Of a DNA stretch of 64,000 nt, positions 14,369 to 29,120 are shown piece by piece. Below the pieces are notes generated by a model. The model ran no database searches. It saw nothing but the letters and a program-made list of their open reading frames with translations, and had not been told where the DNA came from. The translations under genes were made by a program, and so were the position numbers. This stretch comes from Octopus sinensis (Eukaryota). The DNA lies in NCBI RefSeq assembly GCF_006345805.1, contig NC_042998.1:36270001-36334000 (forward strand). Reading direction: 5' to 3'. The first letter of the stretch is position 1, and each line of letters begins with the position of its first letter.

Positions 14369-14702
14369 CTCACACACACATACACACGCCTCCTTCCTCA
14401 GCTACTACTGCTGCTTAAACAATCAAAACCAAGGACTCATAGCAAATATTAGGACCGCTACTACCTGCTGTCTGCTACCAAGCCCTCGCAAGAGTAAAGA
14501 GAGAGAGAGAAAAGGAAAATGTCCCTTGCATTCGAAAACTATGGAAATATAAAAAAAAACATTTCATTTAATTTTTCCACAGTTTAATTGTTATTCATGC
14601 TTTACTCTAAGTTGAAAAAGTCGTAAAGTCTGAAACCGGTACTAAAATGTTCTTCACGATGAAATTATTTTAGCATTTTCTACCTTGTCTCATTTTCCTC
14701 AA

Positions 14703-14994
<292 letters not shown>

Positions 14995-16059
14995 CTTCAG
15001 TTTTTGCCAACTTTTAATTGTTGTAGTTTTACTATTATTTTGCTAAATATTTTACTGCTGCATCTGGAAAAGCCTACACAGGCTATTTAGCCTCCTCGAC
15101 TTATAATATATTGGAAAATTTTTTCACGTGATGCCTCGTAAAATAATTAAACTACTGTCGCGTGGAAGACGCTGAATACGACCAGCATTATAATTCCAAG
15201 TTATTTCATGCCATTTCTTTTACACAACACCATCTAAAGATAATTTCAAGTGTTAGATGATTAAGATTAGAATATTAATATTTTGTAGATTGTCAAAAAT
15301 AATTATTGTCTTAAATATCGTTTTGGCAGTCTATGTCATCAAGATGACGCTCAGGTCAGTTTATACGTTTTATTTAACAGTATATTTCTGTTTTCTGCAT
15401 CCTATTTCCTATTCTGTTGATGTATAAGAGGTGAAAATTAGCTGATACTGGGCAATATCAACCGCAGATTTAATGATGAGGCACTCTGCCAAGCAATGAA
15501 GTATTTCAATGCAGAACTTAATTTAATAAAAATATACGAACAATTGGTAGTGGAGACATATATCTTAATTAGGTATCTAACGGCTCGAGAAATGCATCTA
15601 AATTAATAGTGAAAGCGACCACTATGTGACAGGTTCTAAATGCCACATTATGCAATAAAAAAGGAAACGGTGAAATATCTTGGAGATATGAAGATATTTA
15701 TTGATTTTCTCTTGAGCTATAAAGGCAATATTTGAAGAAGAAGAAGAGTCCGCTGGATGGGATCGGTGTCAATATATTACTTGTACTTATTTTATCGACT
15801 TTACAGCTTGAAAAGCAAAGTCGGCGTGGGTTTTCAGTTATTAACATAATGGGACCAATATGAAATACTGTCTACGTTCAGACCGCTTTATTATTTTACC
15901 AATGGAAGACAGAGCTGTATGGTTAAAAATTTTCGCTTCACAATCATGGGCTTCGAGATACGAACACGTTGGCGGCGATTTGTTTGATTAAAGGCGGCAT
16001 TCCAGTATGGCCGCAGTCAAATGACTGGAGCAAATAAAAGAAACAAAAGGAGTATATCC

Positions 16060-17100
<1,041 letters not shown>

Positions 17101-17544
17101 GTATTGTTATATTTAGGGATTGTAATTTTTTACCAAATAACTGCACGTACTGTAAAAGTGATGAGTAGTGTTACGACCTATATTAATGGTAGTTAATTCC
17201 TGCCTTGGAATTGAAGGGTCAAAAAGTTAGTTCGAGCTATTTTTAGAACGATACTACCGTGAAGAAACAATAAATTAAAAAAAAAAAAAATTTTTTCGGT
17301 TGGAATTATTTGCCATTTCGAAGAAATGAAAATAGTGGTGATAATGTCCCGATGAAGCCCTTGATAGATTGTAGCATTATAATGCACAGAAAGATACGTA
17401 TGATGCACGTTGATAGCGACAGAAAGGCTATGAAGGATAAAATGGAAGAACTTCAAGGAATGCATAAAAAAAAATTGGATATTCTCTATTCTCTGTTTTC
17501 CTTAAACTGATTCGTTATGTGTGTCTGTGTGTTTGTGTATAAAG

Positions 17545-19030
17545 GTGGAAAGAATGTCTTGTTGCATTTCAAGACGGGGAAAGAAACAAATGCATTTTTT
17601 TCGTCTTAAGTGATAATTTTTTTTATTTGGAAAATATTCTTCTTCTTATTGATTATATAATTCCATACATTAGGCAAATTGGTGATTCCCCCGGCGTAAA
17701 ATTCTTCAGGTTTCGAAGCCAAAAACAATATCATTTTAACCTCTTCACAATCAATACTCTGTATTCCCTCTAAATAATGTTGAAATGATCTGAAATGAAG
17801 ATGGGGCTATTTTAGGAAACTAAGAAAGAAGAGCCAAACCTCCCGTATCTTGTGCCATAATGTTTTTCTGAAGGATTTGGGCAATATATGGTCCCGCATT
17901 ATCGTGTAATCGGAACATTCCTTTATGACTGACCTATGATGGACGCTTTTCTGCAACCTCTTCATCAATGCTTTCAATTGACAACAATGTTTCTCAGCAT
18001 TAAGGCGGCGAGCTGGCAGAAACGTTAGCACGCCGGGCGATAATGCTTTGTGGTATTTCGTCTGCCGCTACGATCTGAGTTCAAATTCCGCCGAGGTCGA
18101 CTTAGCCTTTCATCCCTTCGTGGTCGATTAAATAAGTACCAGTTATGCACTGGGGTCGATATAATCGACTTAATCCGTTTGACTGTCCTTGTTTTTCCTC
18201 TCTGTGTTTAGCTCCTTCTGGGTAGTAAAGAAATAGGTATTTCGTCTGCCGTTACGTTCTGAGTTCAAATTCCGCCGGGGTCGACTTTGCGTTCCATCCT
18301 TTCGGGGTTGATAAATTAAGTACCAGTTGCATACAAGGTTCGATCTAATCGATTGGCCCCATGTCCAAAAAACTTCGGGTCTTGTACCTAGAGTTGAAAA
18401 GAATATTTCTCAGCATAAACTGATCTAGATTGGTTTCCTAATATCCGGCAACCTTCACATTCCAACCTAACACAACGTATAACTGTAGTGCTGGTTTGAG
18501 AGTGGATTCTCTTTTGTGATTAGGTGCTAAGAACAACCATCGTCTTTGTTGGATATGATTATAGAGAACCAGTTGTTTATCATTTGGGATAATTCTACCC
18601 AGGAAGGGTTCCGTAGTAAGTCTACTCTTCATTGACAAGCGGACGGCAAGACTTTGAGTAAATCAAATAGCTGTCAGATGATAAGGGACAGGCTGGCGAT
18701 TTTTGGACACTTTTCCTAGTTGATGAAGAAGTTTCATGATGGAAGAGTAACTTTTATTGAACTGTTTTGCGACTTCTCTTGCAGTTTGCTTTAAATTTTC
18801 TTCCGGCTCAGTATTCAAAAGTTCAATATTGGAATATGCGAGAACGAATTTCCCGTGCGAAATTGGCCAAATCATCGTCGTTATATTCGGACACTGAAAG
18901 CTTCATTTCCATGCACAGAACAACTTATATTCGTTGCTGTTTCCATTGCCCTAAAGCCACCTTTGAATTCATACAACATAAAGTATTTGATATGAGTTTT
19001 ATCTAAAATAATTTTAAAAGGGTAAAATCA
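17545..19030 (-). pseudogene. Degenerate mariner transposase (Mos1/Hsmar1-like), interrupted by a SINE
   Basis: Remnants PFLGRIIPNDKQLVLYN (TGDEKW region), QTAREVAKQFN...LHQLGKV, and a decayed YSPDLAPSDYHLFRS near 17770-17815. Confidence 0.7.
18001..18405 (+). mobile_element. SINE family B dimer with an 11-bp TSD
   Basis: TSD tttctcagcat at 17990-18000 and 18406-18416. Confidence 0.88.
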
Positions 19031-19814
19031 ATAAGAGTTTAACCCCTATTGTATCAATTACTCAACAAAAAAGTAAAAAAAAAAGACGGAAGCAAAAAAA
19101 AAAAAATTCAGAAATCAATAAATCAATGCTTATTTTTACGGTACGTAGTGAGAAAATACTCTCAAAATGATCTGTAAAGTAAACCGAGACTTCCTTTCCA
19201 GCATTATATTTTTGAGCGGGTTTATATTTAGTGAGTGAACGTTTCCTTGAAGTCTTTTGCTTCAGCCATATTGTTGATATCCTACTGTAGTCTGCGGTCG
19301 ATCAATTCTTTGTGAGTAGAAATCTATATTCTCTATCTTTCTTTCTCTCTCTGCACACACACAGATACCTTTGGGCTTTGAAAATGTATACGCCAAAGGA
19401 TAGTGGTGTATTATCACCAAAGAGAAGGCTGGGCAACTCGTGCCTTTCTTAAGAAGTCTCTTATACAACGGTGTTAGTTCCTGGATATCGAGTAAAAAGC
19501 ATTGTCTTCTTTCTCTCGTCCTGAGAAATGTATTTAACCCGCGATTGACTCGTTGAAGAACCAAAACGAACAGCGCTAAAATTCACCAAAATAAAATAAA
19601 ATTTTAAAAAATGTGGCACACCTTGTCAAACGTCCAATAGTTGCAGTATTTTGGCTGAAGCGGGGATGACCAATTTTGCGAACTTTCCAACATTTACGGT
19701 TAGGCAGACAGTCGAATTGGTCGATCCGTGTACAAAATACTTTATATCATGAATTCAAATTCCAATGAAGTCACTTTTACTTTTCGTCATACTAGGGTCA
19801 TTAAAATGAATACC

Positions 19815-20235
19815 TGTTTCTTTACTACCCACAAGGGGCTAAACACAGAGCGGACAAACAAAGACAGACAAACGGATTAAGTCGATTATATCGACCCCAG
19901 TACGTAACTGGTACTTATTTAATCGACCCCGAAAGGATGAAAGGCAAAGTCGACCTCGGCGGAATTTGAACTCGGAACGTAATGGCAGACGAAATACCTA
20001 TTTCTTTACTACCCACAAGGGGCTAAACATAGAAGGGACAAACAAGGACAGACATAGGTATTAAGTCGATTACATCGATCCCAGTGCGTAACTGGTACTT
20101 AATTTATCGACCCCGAAAGGATGAAAGGCAAAGTCGACCTCGGCGGAATTTGAACTCACAACGTAACGACAGACGAAATACCGCTAAGCATTTCGCCCGG
20201 CGTGCTAACGATTCTGCCAGCTCGCCACCGCGCCG
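19815..20235 (-). mobile_element. SINE family B dimer with a 14-bp TSD
   Basis: TSD ttaaaatgaatacc at 19801-19814 and 20236-20249. Two ~175-bp units. Confidence 0.88.
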
Positions 20236-21665
20236 TTAAAATGAATACCAGTTAACTAATAATATGGATATAACCGACCACAAACCCCTCGAACAATGTG
20301 GGGCCCTCTGACTAAATTAGAAACAGTTACTCTCTGTCGAAAGCAGTTATTATTACTCGTCGTAATTATCTCCTGCTTGTTGTTCATCTACTTTTGTTTT
20401 CCCCAACGTTCAATCAATAAACAGCTTGCAGTTTCGCTTTCAGATCTGTAACAATTACTGATCGAGTTATTCTTCTGATCAATTCCCATTCCTAAAGGTT
20501 CGCCAATGATGCTTGTTTGCTTGCATAATCATCATCGTCGTCATTATCAGAAATCCTGTACCTTCGCTACCTTTGGTAGTGAGGGAACATTCAACGCCTA
20601 ATAATAACCTGCTCAGTATTTTTCCTGTTTGTTAGAGTCTCCCTTACTCCCCCACCACTTTTCCATTGTTTGTTCAGTTCAACCACAACCCCACCCCTCT
20701 TTTATGTCATCAAATTACACAGCGAGTTTATCACTTTCTTAATCTCTGCAGAATTGCTCTAACAACGAGTTTTTGTTTTATATTTACTCTCCCTCCCTCC
20801 CTCATTTATCCCACACATGTCACAATGACGTTTCGCTAATATCCTTTTCCAGAGCATCATCTCATGTTAACTTACATAAACACGCACACATTATCTCCTC
20901 TCTTTGTTAGATATTAGCGTCCCTCTTTCTCTCTATCTCTCTCTCTCTTTCTCTCTCTCTTTCTTTCTCTCTCTCTCTCTCTCTCTATCGTACCATGGAA
21001 TTTTTCGTAGGATATCAGTTTTCTGCCAGTTTATTATATCTTTACATTACCTAAGATGCAAGTTTTATTTACGTACGTACACACGTATTTATCACCACGG
21101 ACTATTTCATCTATCACAAAATATCTTCCGTCGTCTCTATTATAAGCTCCATCACCTACAACAACAGCAACAATAACGACATCAGCACTACTGGCAACAA
21201 CACCACGACCATTGCAATCATTGACACGGCCATCATAACAACCATCAAAATCATCACCAGCAAAATCCCCCCTCCCTATTCTCAACGCCATCAACAGAAA
21301 TTTAATTATTTATCAATTTATTAGAATATTCATTTATACCTTTTTCTATCAATTTATTAATCTTAAATCTTTTTTTATTGAAATAGGAAAAAGAACAAAT
21401 ACAAGCTGCTGCTTTATGGCGGCGTTTGAAAATACTCCTGTTATTCGGTTGTTTATATCATATTTTCAAACGTTCTAATTTCTAACTCAGAAATGCTAAA
21501 AAGCGTAGGCAAATACCCATGAAACTCAGCATTTGCTAGCTTGAATAGAAGTGCACGATGGATAAATTTAGCCTAGATTTGGCGCTGATATTACGGTAAT
21601 CTCTATGACCCCGGGGCTTTATTGGGGCAAATCAGTCAATGTCGTTGACTGTATTTTAGTTAAAG

Positions 21666-21899
21666 AAAGGCGGTGAGCTGGCAGAATCGTTAGCACGCCG
21701 GGCGAAATGCTTAGCGGTATTTCGTCTGTCGCTACGTTCTGAGTTCAAATTCCGCCAAGGTCGACTTTGCCTTACATACTTTCGGGGTCGATAAATTAAA
21801 TACTAGTTACGCACTGGGTTCGATGTGATCGACTTAATACCTATGTCTGTCCTTGTTTGTCCCCTCTGTGTTTAGCCCCTTGTGGGTAATAAAGAAATA
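21666..21899 (+). mobile_element. SINE family B monomer with a 16-bp TSD
   Basis: TSD tgtattttagttaaag at 21650-21665 and 21900-21915. Confidence 0.9.
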
Positions 21900-22361
21900 T
21901 GTATTTTAGTTAAAGCCAGAGTTGTCTCTCTTAGGTATTTCCAATTGATTACGGCTAAAGAACTAGAAACATGGATGTTTGGGAATCCGACAGGGGCAAC
22001 ACTGGACAGTTATGGTGTTTATACACCTTTTTACCATAAGAGAGAATTTTTGTTCACGGTAACTGCAATGAATATAGATATGGTTATATATAACTAGGTA
22101 TATGTGTATGGGTGTATATATAGTTTATTATTATATTATTATTATTTTTTTTGTTTTGTTTTATATTTTATATTTTATATTTTATATTTTATATTTAATT
22201 GTTGATAGGTTTTTTTAGTTTATATAATGTTTATATATTGATTATATATGGATTATAGATAGGTTATATATGGATTATATACTTATTTTTTTCATTCATA
22301 CTTTAATTATTTTAAAATTATTATTTTATATTTTAAATTATTGATTTTTTAGATTGGAAGT

Positions 22362-22404
22362 CCACCTGAAGATTGTCGATCAAGACAAGAAACGATTGTA
22401 GTCG
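22362..22404 (+). ncRNA. Minimal type-I hammerhead ribozyme in the 5' pLTR (one stem-I mismatch)
   Basis: ccac-CTGAAGA-ttgtc(gatcaa)gacaa-GAAAC-gatt-GTA-gtcg. Confidence 0.7.
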
Positions 22405-22632
22405 CGGTTTTTTTGACTATTTATTAAAATTTTATGTATTGATTAAGTCTTTCTGTGTTTTTTTGCAAAATAGTGGTTTTGTCTCTAATAATATTATAAT
22501 ATTTTACTATAAAATCGATTTAATCCTAAATCTGATTTTTCCCTGTAAATTTGGATTTATTCCCTATATTTATTATTTATATAATATTGATAATTTTGTA
22601 TATTGAGTGTAATACCTCAATTTCGTAAATTA

Positions 22633-25125
22633 TGGATTTTACAGGTAAGATAGAACGCTGTTTTGGGATTCATCTTTGAAAGATATTCCTATTCCTTCTA
22701 GAAAGGAATTTATTTTGAAACTTGTTAATAATGTTAAGATTTTATTTCTAGAATTAAATGGAAAGCTTTTTACTATAATTTTTATTTATTTAATGATATT
22801 GATAGTAGGAATGATTATTTTACCTCTAAATTTAAATCTAGAAAGGAACCTCCATTTAATAAAGAATTACAATTACTGAAGATAGTATATGGAAGGTGGT
22901 AAAAAAATATTGAATTCCATAATACCCAAATAGAAATAATGAATATTTAAGGAATTTAGCAATTAAAATTAAAGATATGAGAAATATGGATGGTATTATA
23001 GTACAATCTGATAAAACAAGGAACTTATATAAATTAGATGTTAAATTATATGATAAACTATTAGGGAAAGAAATAATTAAAAATATAAATTGTTCCAGAT
23101 GATATTCTTTATAATATTAATAAGGCCTCTAAAGTAGTAATGTTAAATATGAGTTGGATAATAAAACTGAACCTTATGTACCTTTGCACCCCAGAATTAC
23201 TCTTAAAGACCATAAAGATAATTTTTATTCAGACCCTAAAGTTAGATAATTTGCCCATGTAAATCGGATCTAGGTAAATTAAGTAAATTTATTTTAGATA
23301 AATATTGATAAGTTAAATAAACTTAATTATTTAAAATTATGGTTTAGTAATAATAATACATTGAAATGGTTTAATAATATTAAAGATAAAATCGTTATAA
23401 ATTATTCAAATAGATATATAGATAATTATTATTCTTCTATTAATGAAATTGTGTTAATAAAGCGCTTATTTTCGCAATGAATAAAGCGGGTATGTCACGG
23501 GGGAAGAAGTTAATGTAATTAAAATGGCTAGGAATCGCTAATTAAATATAAAAATAAATTATGGGCTAGGAATGATACTAGAGATTGTTTTGATATACCT
23601 ATGGGAGCACCAGATTCTGCACAGGCTACTGATTTAGTAGGTATTTTTCTTTTATCTGAACTCCAATTAGAAAATCTTAAGATAGAGGGTGGTTTATATA
23701 GAGACGATCTTCTACTAGTTACAAAGAATTGTACTAATAGGAATCTAGAAGTATATAAGAAAAAACTATATAGTTTCTTTAAAAGATATGGTTAAGTATT
23801 ACTATATATAAGGAGAATTATAATGTTAATTATTTAGATGTTAATTTTAATCTTATTACAGGTAAAACACAACCATATCATAAACTTAATGAGAACCTTA
23901 GATATATAAATGTTAATAGTAATCACCCATTTTCTATTAAAAAATCGTTGATTAATAATATAAGTAAACGTATTTCATTACTCTCTTATGTATATAGAGA
24001 TTTTTAATAAACATGCTAATTATTATAATGAGGCCCTTAGAGGGGCAGGTTATAATAGGAATATTAAATTTTATAATATTAGTGATAAGATTTAATTGTT
24101 AATTTTCGAGATACTTCTAATAATAATTATAATTTTGTTAGTTTAGTGGTAAAAATAATAGATATTTTAAAAAAAATAATAAAAATGATAAAAAAAAAAA
24201 AAACAAAAATAAAATATAAATAAGAATAATAAAATAATATAAATATAATAATAATATAAATAAGAATATATAAATAAAAATAATTTAATAATATTATAAT
24301 AATTATATTGATAAATTTAATAATATTAATAATTCCTTAAATGCTGTACATAGATATAATTCTGATAATAATTTTAATAAAATAAAGAATTATAAATATA
24401 TTTATAATAATGATAATAATAATAAGGTAATAAAAAAAATTTGGTTAATAGTTCCTTATGGAGATCAAGTAAAAACGAATATTATTAAAGAGATTTTAGA
24501 TGTTATAGAACTATTTATTAGAGATAATCGTAAATATAGAAACATTTTCTCTTTTAATAATTTTGGAGTTGGTTACTCTACCACTAATAATGTTGGTAAC
24601 ATTATTTCTTCATTTAATAAATATAAACTGAATAATTTTATAAAAAGAAATTATTTGATAATAATATTAATAATGATAAGACTTATATTAATTGTACATG
24701 TAGAGATAAATCTAATTGTATATTAAATAAATTGTGATATTAACGATGTAGTGTATAAATGTATAGTTACATTACATGATAATAACTTTAAGAATAATAA
24801 TTACAAAAAAGCGGTTTATATAGGTTCTACTTCCTCAAAAATAAAACTAAGAATCGCACAACATATGAATCTTTTAAAAATAAAAACTTAATCAACTCAA
24901 CCGGACTTAGTAAGTACATTTGGAGTCTTAAATCACTAAATATTAATTATAGTTTAATTTGGAAATAATTTGTAAAACTAAATCATATACTATAGGAGCT
25001 AATTGTTGTTATTTATGCTCTAATGAGTTTAAAGAAATTTTATTTTATAAGTATGATAATTTACTTAATACTGGTGAGGAGCGCAAAATAAATGCAGACA
25101 TAAGTTACCTTACCTATATAATAAG
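22633..25125 (+). pseudogene. Penelope-like RT + GIY-YIG endonuclease ORF, frameshifted in this assembly
   Basis: N-terminal SLKDIPIPSRKEFILKL; VQSDKTRNLY; RT motifs MGAPDSAQATDLVG and GLYRDD; NYLDV..YINVNSNHP; CTCRDKSNC; VVYKC...VYIGST; TGLSKYIWSLK; CCYLCSNE; CRHK. Confidence 0.88.
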
Positions 25126-26283
25126 TTTCATGATAAATAGCAATAATAGTTCCTTTTAGGTTACTTTAGTTTAGTTTAAATTAGTTTAGATATATATATT
25201 TTGGTTATGTTGTCTAGGCTTTAATATATAGTTTCTTTATTTATATTTCTTTGTTTTAATTAGTTCATTTTTAATGTATATTTTGGAGGATATATTTATA
25301 TGTTTATGGGTGTATTTAGTGGTGTTTTTATTGAGTTTTGTATGTATGTGTGAATGTTTAAGATCCCTTTGTTTTTTGTTTTTTATTTGGTATGTTGAAT
25401 TGACAGATTTTATTGGGTATTGTCTGTTATAATAAAGTACACACACCCATAACAAATATAAGTGCCCACTTCATTCGATGTACCTGGAATTGCATGTGAG
25501 CCTCGGCATATACACCTAACGGCCACTCCCGCCCCACATGGATAAATAAACACATACATCCCCAAAAATGGGCGTAATCCCATTCACACCAATTATATGT
25601 ATACAATTATACACACTAGAATAATACATAACTAACCCAAATATACAGAACATACTAAAAATCACCAACTAACCACTATCACAAATGAAACCCACACCCA
25701 TACATGACAAAAATTCCCCCCTCCATACCCAATTTACACCCACATAGTAATCCCAATATATTCATCCATATATGGACGTAAGTGCGTGAAGCACATGCAC
25801 ACAATTAATACGTACAACCCCCTAATACACACTTATATAAATACGTATTAAGCTCGACATCCACAGTGATAAGATTACACCACTCACACCCAGATGGGTG
25901 AATTGCACAACCAGGGAACGCACACACACACGTGTGCGTTTTTTGATTGTGCAATTCGCCCATATGCATGTATGCGGGCGCGATACATTGTTGCATATAT
26001 CGAGCCCAAATAGCATGCATATGTACATGTGAGGGGTACACGCAAATGACGTGCGCGTGTACCCCCTGCATTTATACCCGTGCGTAATATACACATGGAG
26101 ACTACCACACAGGTACAAATGTGTATAGTAATGGGAGCCCCATCACTACACTCAATGTATACTCTCACCCATCCGCACGGATGTGTAAGTGTATCTCCGG
26201 TGTATATGTTGAGGCTTATATGTAGCGTTGTGGAGGCGAATGTCGTTGAAATGTGAATGAATGGGTGGAGTTGGGAATTGTAA

Positions 26284-29120
26284 CCGGGTGGTGGACTAGC
26301 GTTGCTTGGAATTGGGAATTGATTAGTGTGGTAGTGAGGTAGGCATCGGGAATAGGTTTGGGTTGCTGTAGGTTGTTTGTTAGAGCTGCTAGGGTGAGCT
26401 AAAGCTCATAAATGTATAATGATGTTTTTTCATGGTAGTTTTTTAAAGAATCCATTCATTATAAATTTTTTTACGTAGTGTTGGTTTGCTACGTGGATAT
26501 AGTTTTTAGTTCCATTTATCTATTTCTCCATTCATAATTTAAATGACGTTTAATTTCTATGGCGCGTATTCTCTCTTTTTTTTACATAAGTTATTCTATG
26601 GTAACGTAATTTTGGTTTGTTTTTTTAACGGCTAAGAATTTAATTTCACTTCATTATTTGAAATTGACTTGTAGTATGTATTTTATTTATCCTTATGTCA
26701 TATTGTTATTTTTGATATTCTGGTTAATTACGATGTATTTAATGTTGTTTTCATAGGAGTGTTTATGTATATGAGATTGTGTGTGAGTTTTTAGTTGTAT
26801 ATTTTATTTATCTGTATGAGTGTGTGTGTGTAAATATTGGTGTATATATCGAGTTTAGTGAGTATATATATGAGTATATGTGAGGGAGTATATGTATCTG
26901 TTGTGTTGTGTGTTTTTTGTGTGTGTGTGTGTTTGTGTGTGAATGTGTATAGGGTTTGTTATTTAGGTTTTGGAATGTATGTGTTAATTTGTCTGTGTGG
27001 GAGGGAGTGGGTTTTGGTGTATATTGAGGTTTATAAATTAGGATAGGTATGTGTATAAGTCGTGGGTCTGTGGTTTACGAGTGTGTATTTGTGTGTGAAT
27101 GTTTAGTTTAGGGGGATTACTATATAGGTTGTTATATAGAGTTTAGCAAAGGGAGATTTTATCGTTATATGTTTTTATGAGTTTTGGTTTATCATGGTTT
27201 TAGGGAATTCGTGGTAATTTGTCTATTTTCGATGTTGGTTGTTTTATTACATTGTTTCATTCATAATTTTTGAGTGGTGTTCGTTTTGCCACGTGAATGA
27301 CCGGGGTGGTGGACTAGCGTTGCTTGGAATTGTGAATGTAATAGTGTAGTAGTGAGGTAGGCATAGAGAATGGGTTTGGGTTGCTGCAAGTTGTTTGTTA
27401 GAGCTGCTAAGGTGAGCTAAGGCTCATAGATGTAATAATGATTTTTCATGGTAGTTTTTTAAAGAATCCATTCATAATAAATTGTTTTTAAGTAGTGTTG
27501 GTTTGCCACGTGGATATAGTTTTTAGTTCCATTTTCTATTTCTCCATTCATAATTTAAATGACGTTTACTTTCCATGGCGCGTATTCTTTTTTTACATAA
27601 GTTATTTCTATGGTAACGTAATTTTGGTTTGGATTTTTTTAACGGCTAAGAATTTAATTTCACTTCATAATTGACATGAATTGTAAGTATGTATTTTATT
27701 TATCCTTATGTCATATTGTTATTTTTGATATTGGTTAATTACGATGTATTTAATGTTGTTTTCATAGGTGTGTTATGTATATGAGATTGTGTGCGAGTTT
27801 TTAGTGTATAATTTATTTATTGTATAGTGTGGGTGTGTAAATATTGTGTTTGTATATATCGAGTTTAGTGAGTATGTATATGCGTATATGTGAGGGAGTA
27901 TATGTATCTGTTGTGTGGTGTGTTTTGCGTGTGTGTGTGTTTGTGTGTGAATGTGTATATGGGTTTGTTATTTAGGTTTTGGGATGTATGTGTTAATTGT
28001 CTGTGTGGGAGGGAGTGGGTTTTGGTGTATATTGAGGTTTATAAGTTAGTATAGGTATGTGTATAAGTCGGGGTCTGTGGTTTACGAGTGTGTATTTGTG
28101 TGTGAATGTTTAGGTTAGGGAGATTGTTATATAGGTTGTTATAGAGTTTAGCAAAGGGAGATTTATCGTTATATGTTTTAGGAGTTTTGGTTTATCATGG
28201 TTTTTTTAGGAATTTGTGGTAATTGTCTATTTTCGATGTTGTTGGTGTTTTATTACATTGTTTCATTCATAATTTTTGAGTGGTGGTGTTCGTTTTGCCA
28301 CGTGAATAACCGGGAGGTGGACTAGCGTTGTTTGGAATTGTGAATGGAATAGTGTAGTAGTGAGGTAGGCATAGAGAATGGGTTTGGGTTACTGCAAGTT
28401 GTTTTTTTACATAAGTTATTTCTATGGTAACGTATTTTGGTTTGATTTTTTTAACGGCTAAGAATTTAATTTCACTTCATAATTTGACACTGAATTGTAA
28501 GTATGTATTTTATTTACCTTTATGTCATATTGTTATTTTTGATATTCTGGTTAATTACGATGTATTTAATGTGTTTCATAGGAGTGTTTATGTATATGAG
28601 ATTGTGTGCGAGTTTTTAGTTGTATAATTTTATTTATCTGTATGAGTGTGGGTGTGTAATATTGTTGTATATATCGAGTTTAGTGAGTATGTATATGCGT
28701 ATATGTGAGGGAGTATATGTATCTGTTGTGTGTGTGTGTTTTGCGTGTGTGTGTGTTTGTGTGTGAATGTGTATATGGGTTTGTTATTTAGGTTTTGGGA
28801 TGTATGAGTTAATTTGTCTGTGTGGGAGGGAGTGGGTTTTGGTGTATATGGAGGTTTATAAGTTAGTTTAGGTATGTGTATAAGTCGTGGGTCTGTGGTT
28901 TACGTGTGTGTTTGTGTGTGAATGTTTAGGTTAGGGGGATTACTATATAGGTTTGTTATAGAGTTTAGCAAAGGGAGATTTTATCGTTATATGTTTTTTA
29001 AGAGTTTTGGTTTATCATGGTTTTTTTTAGGGAATTCGTAGTAATTTGTCTATTTTCGATGTTGGTTGTTTTATTATATTGTTTCATTCATAATTCTTGA
29101 GTGGTGTTCGGTTTGCCACG
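26284..29120 (+). repeat. ~1.01-kb G/T-rich tandem repeat (about 2.8 units) inside the Penelope-like element
   Basis: Unit start ccggg(t/g)ggtggactagcgttg at 26284, 27301 and 28310. More diverged subunits continue to about 29900. Confidence 0.9.

Noticed and set aside
24685-25110. Selenocysteine (TGA) codons, as reported for some Naiad PLEs
   Set aside because: The conserved Cys positions I could read are TGT or TGC, and no SECIS could be supported by eye.
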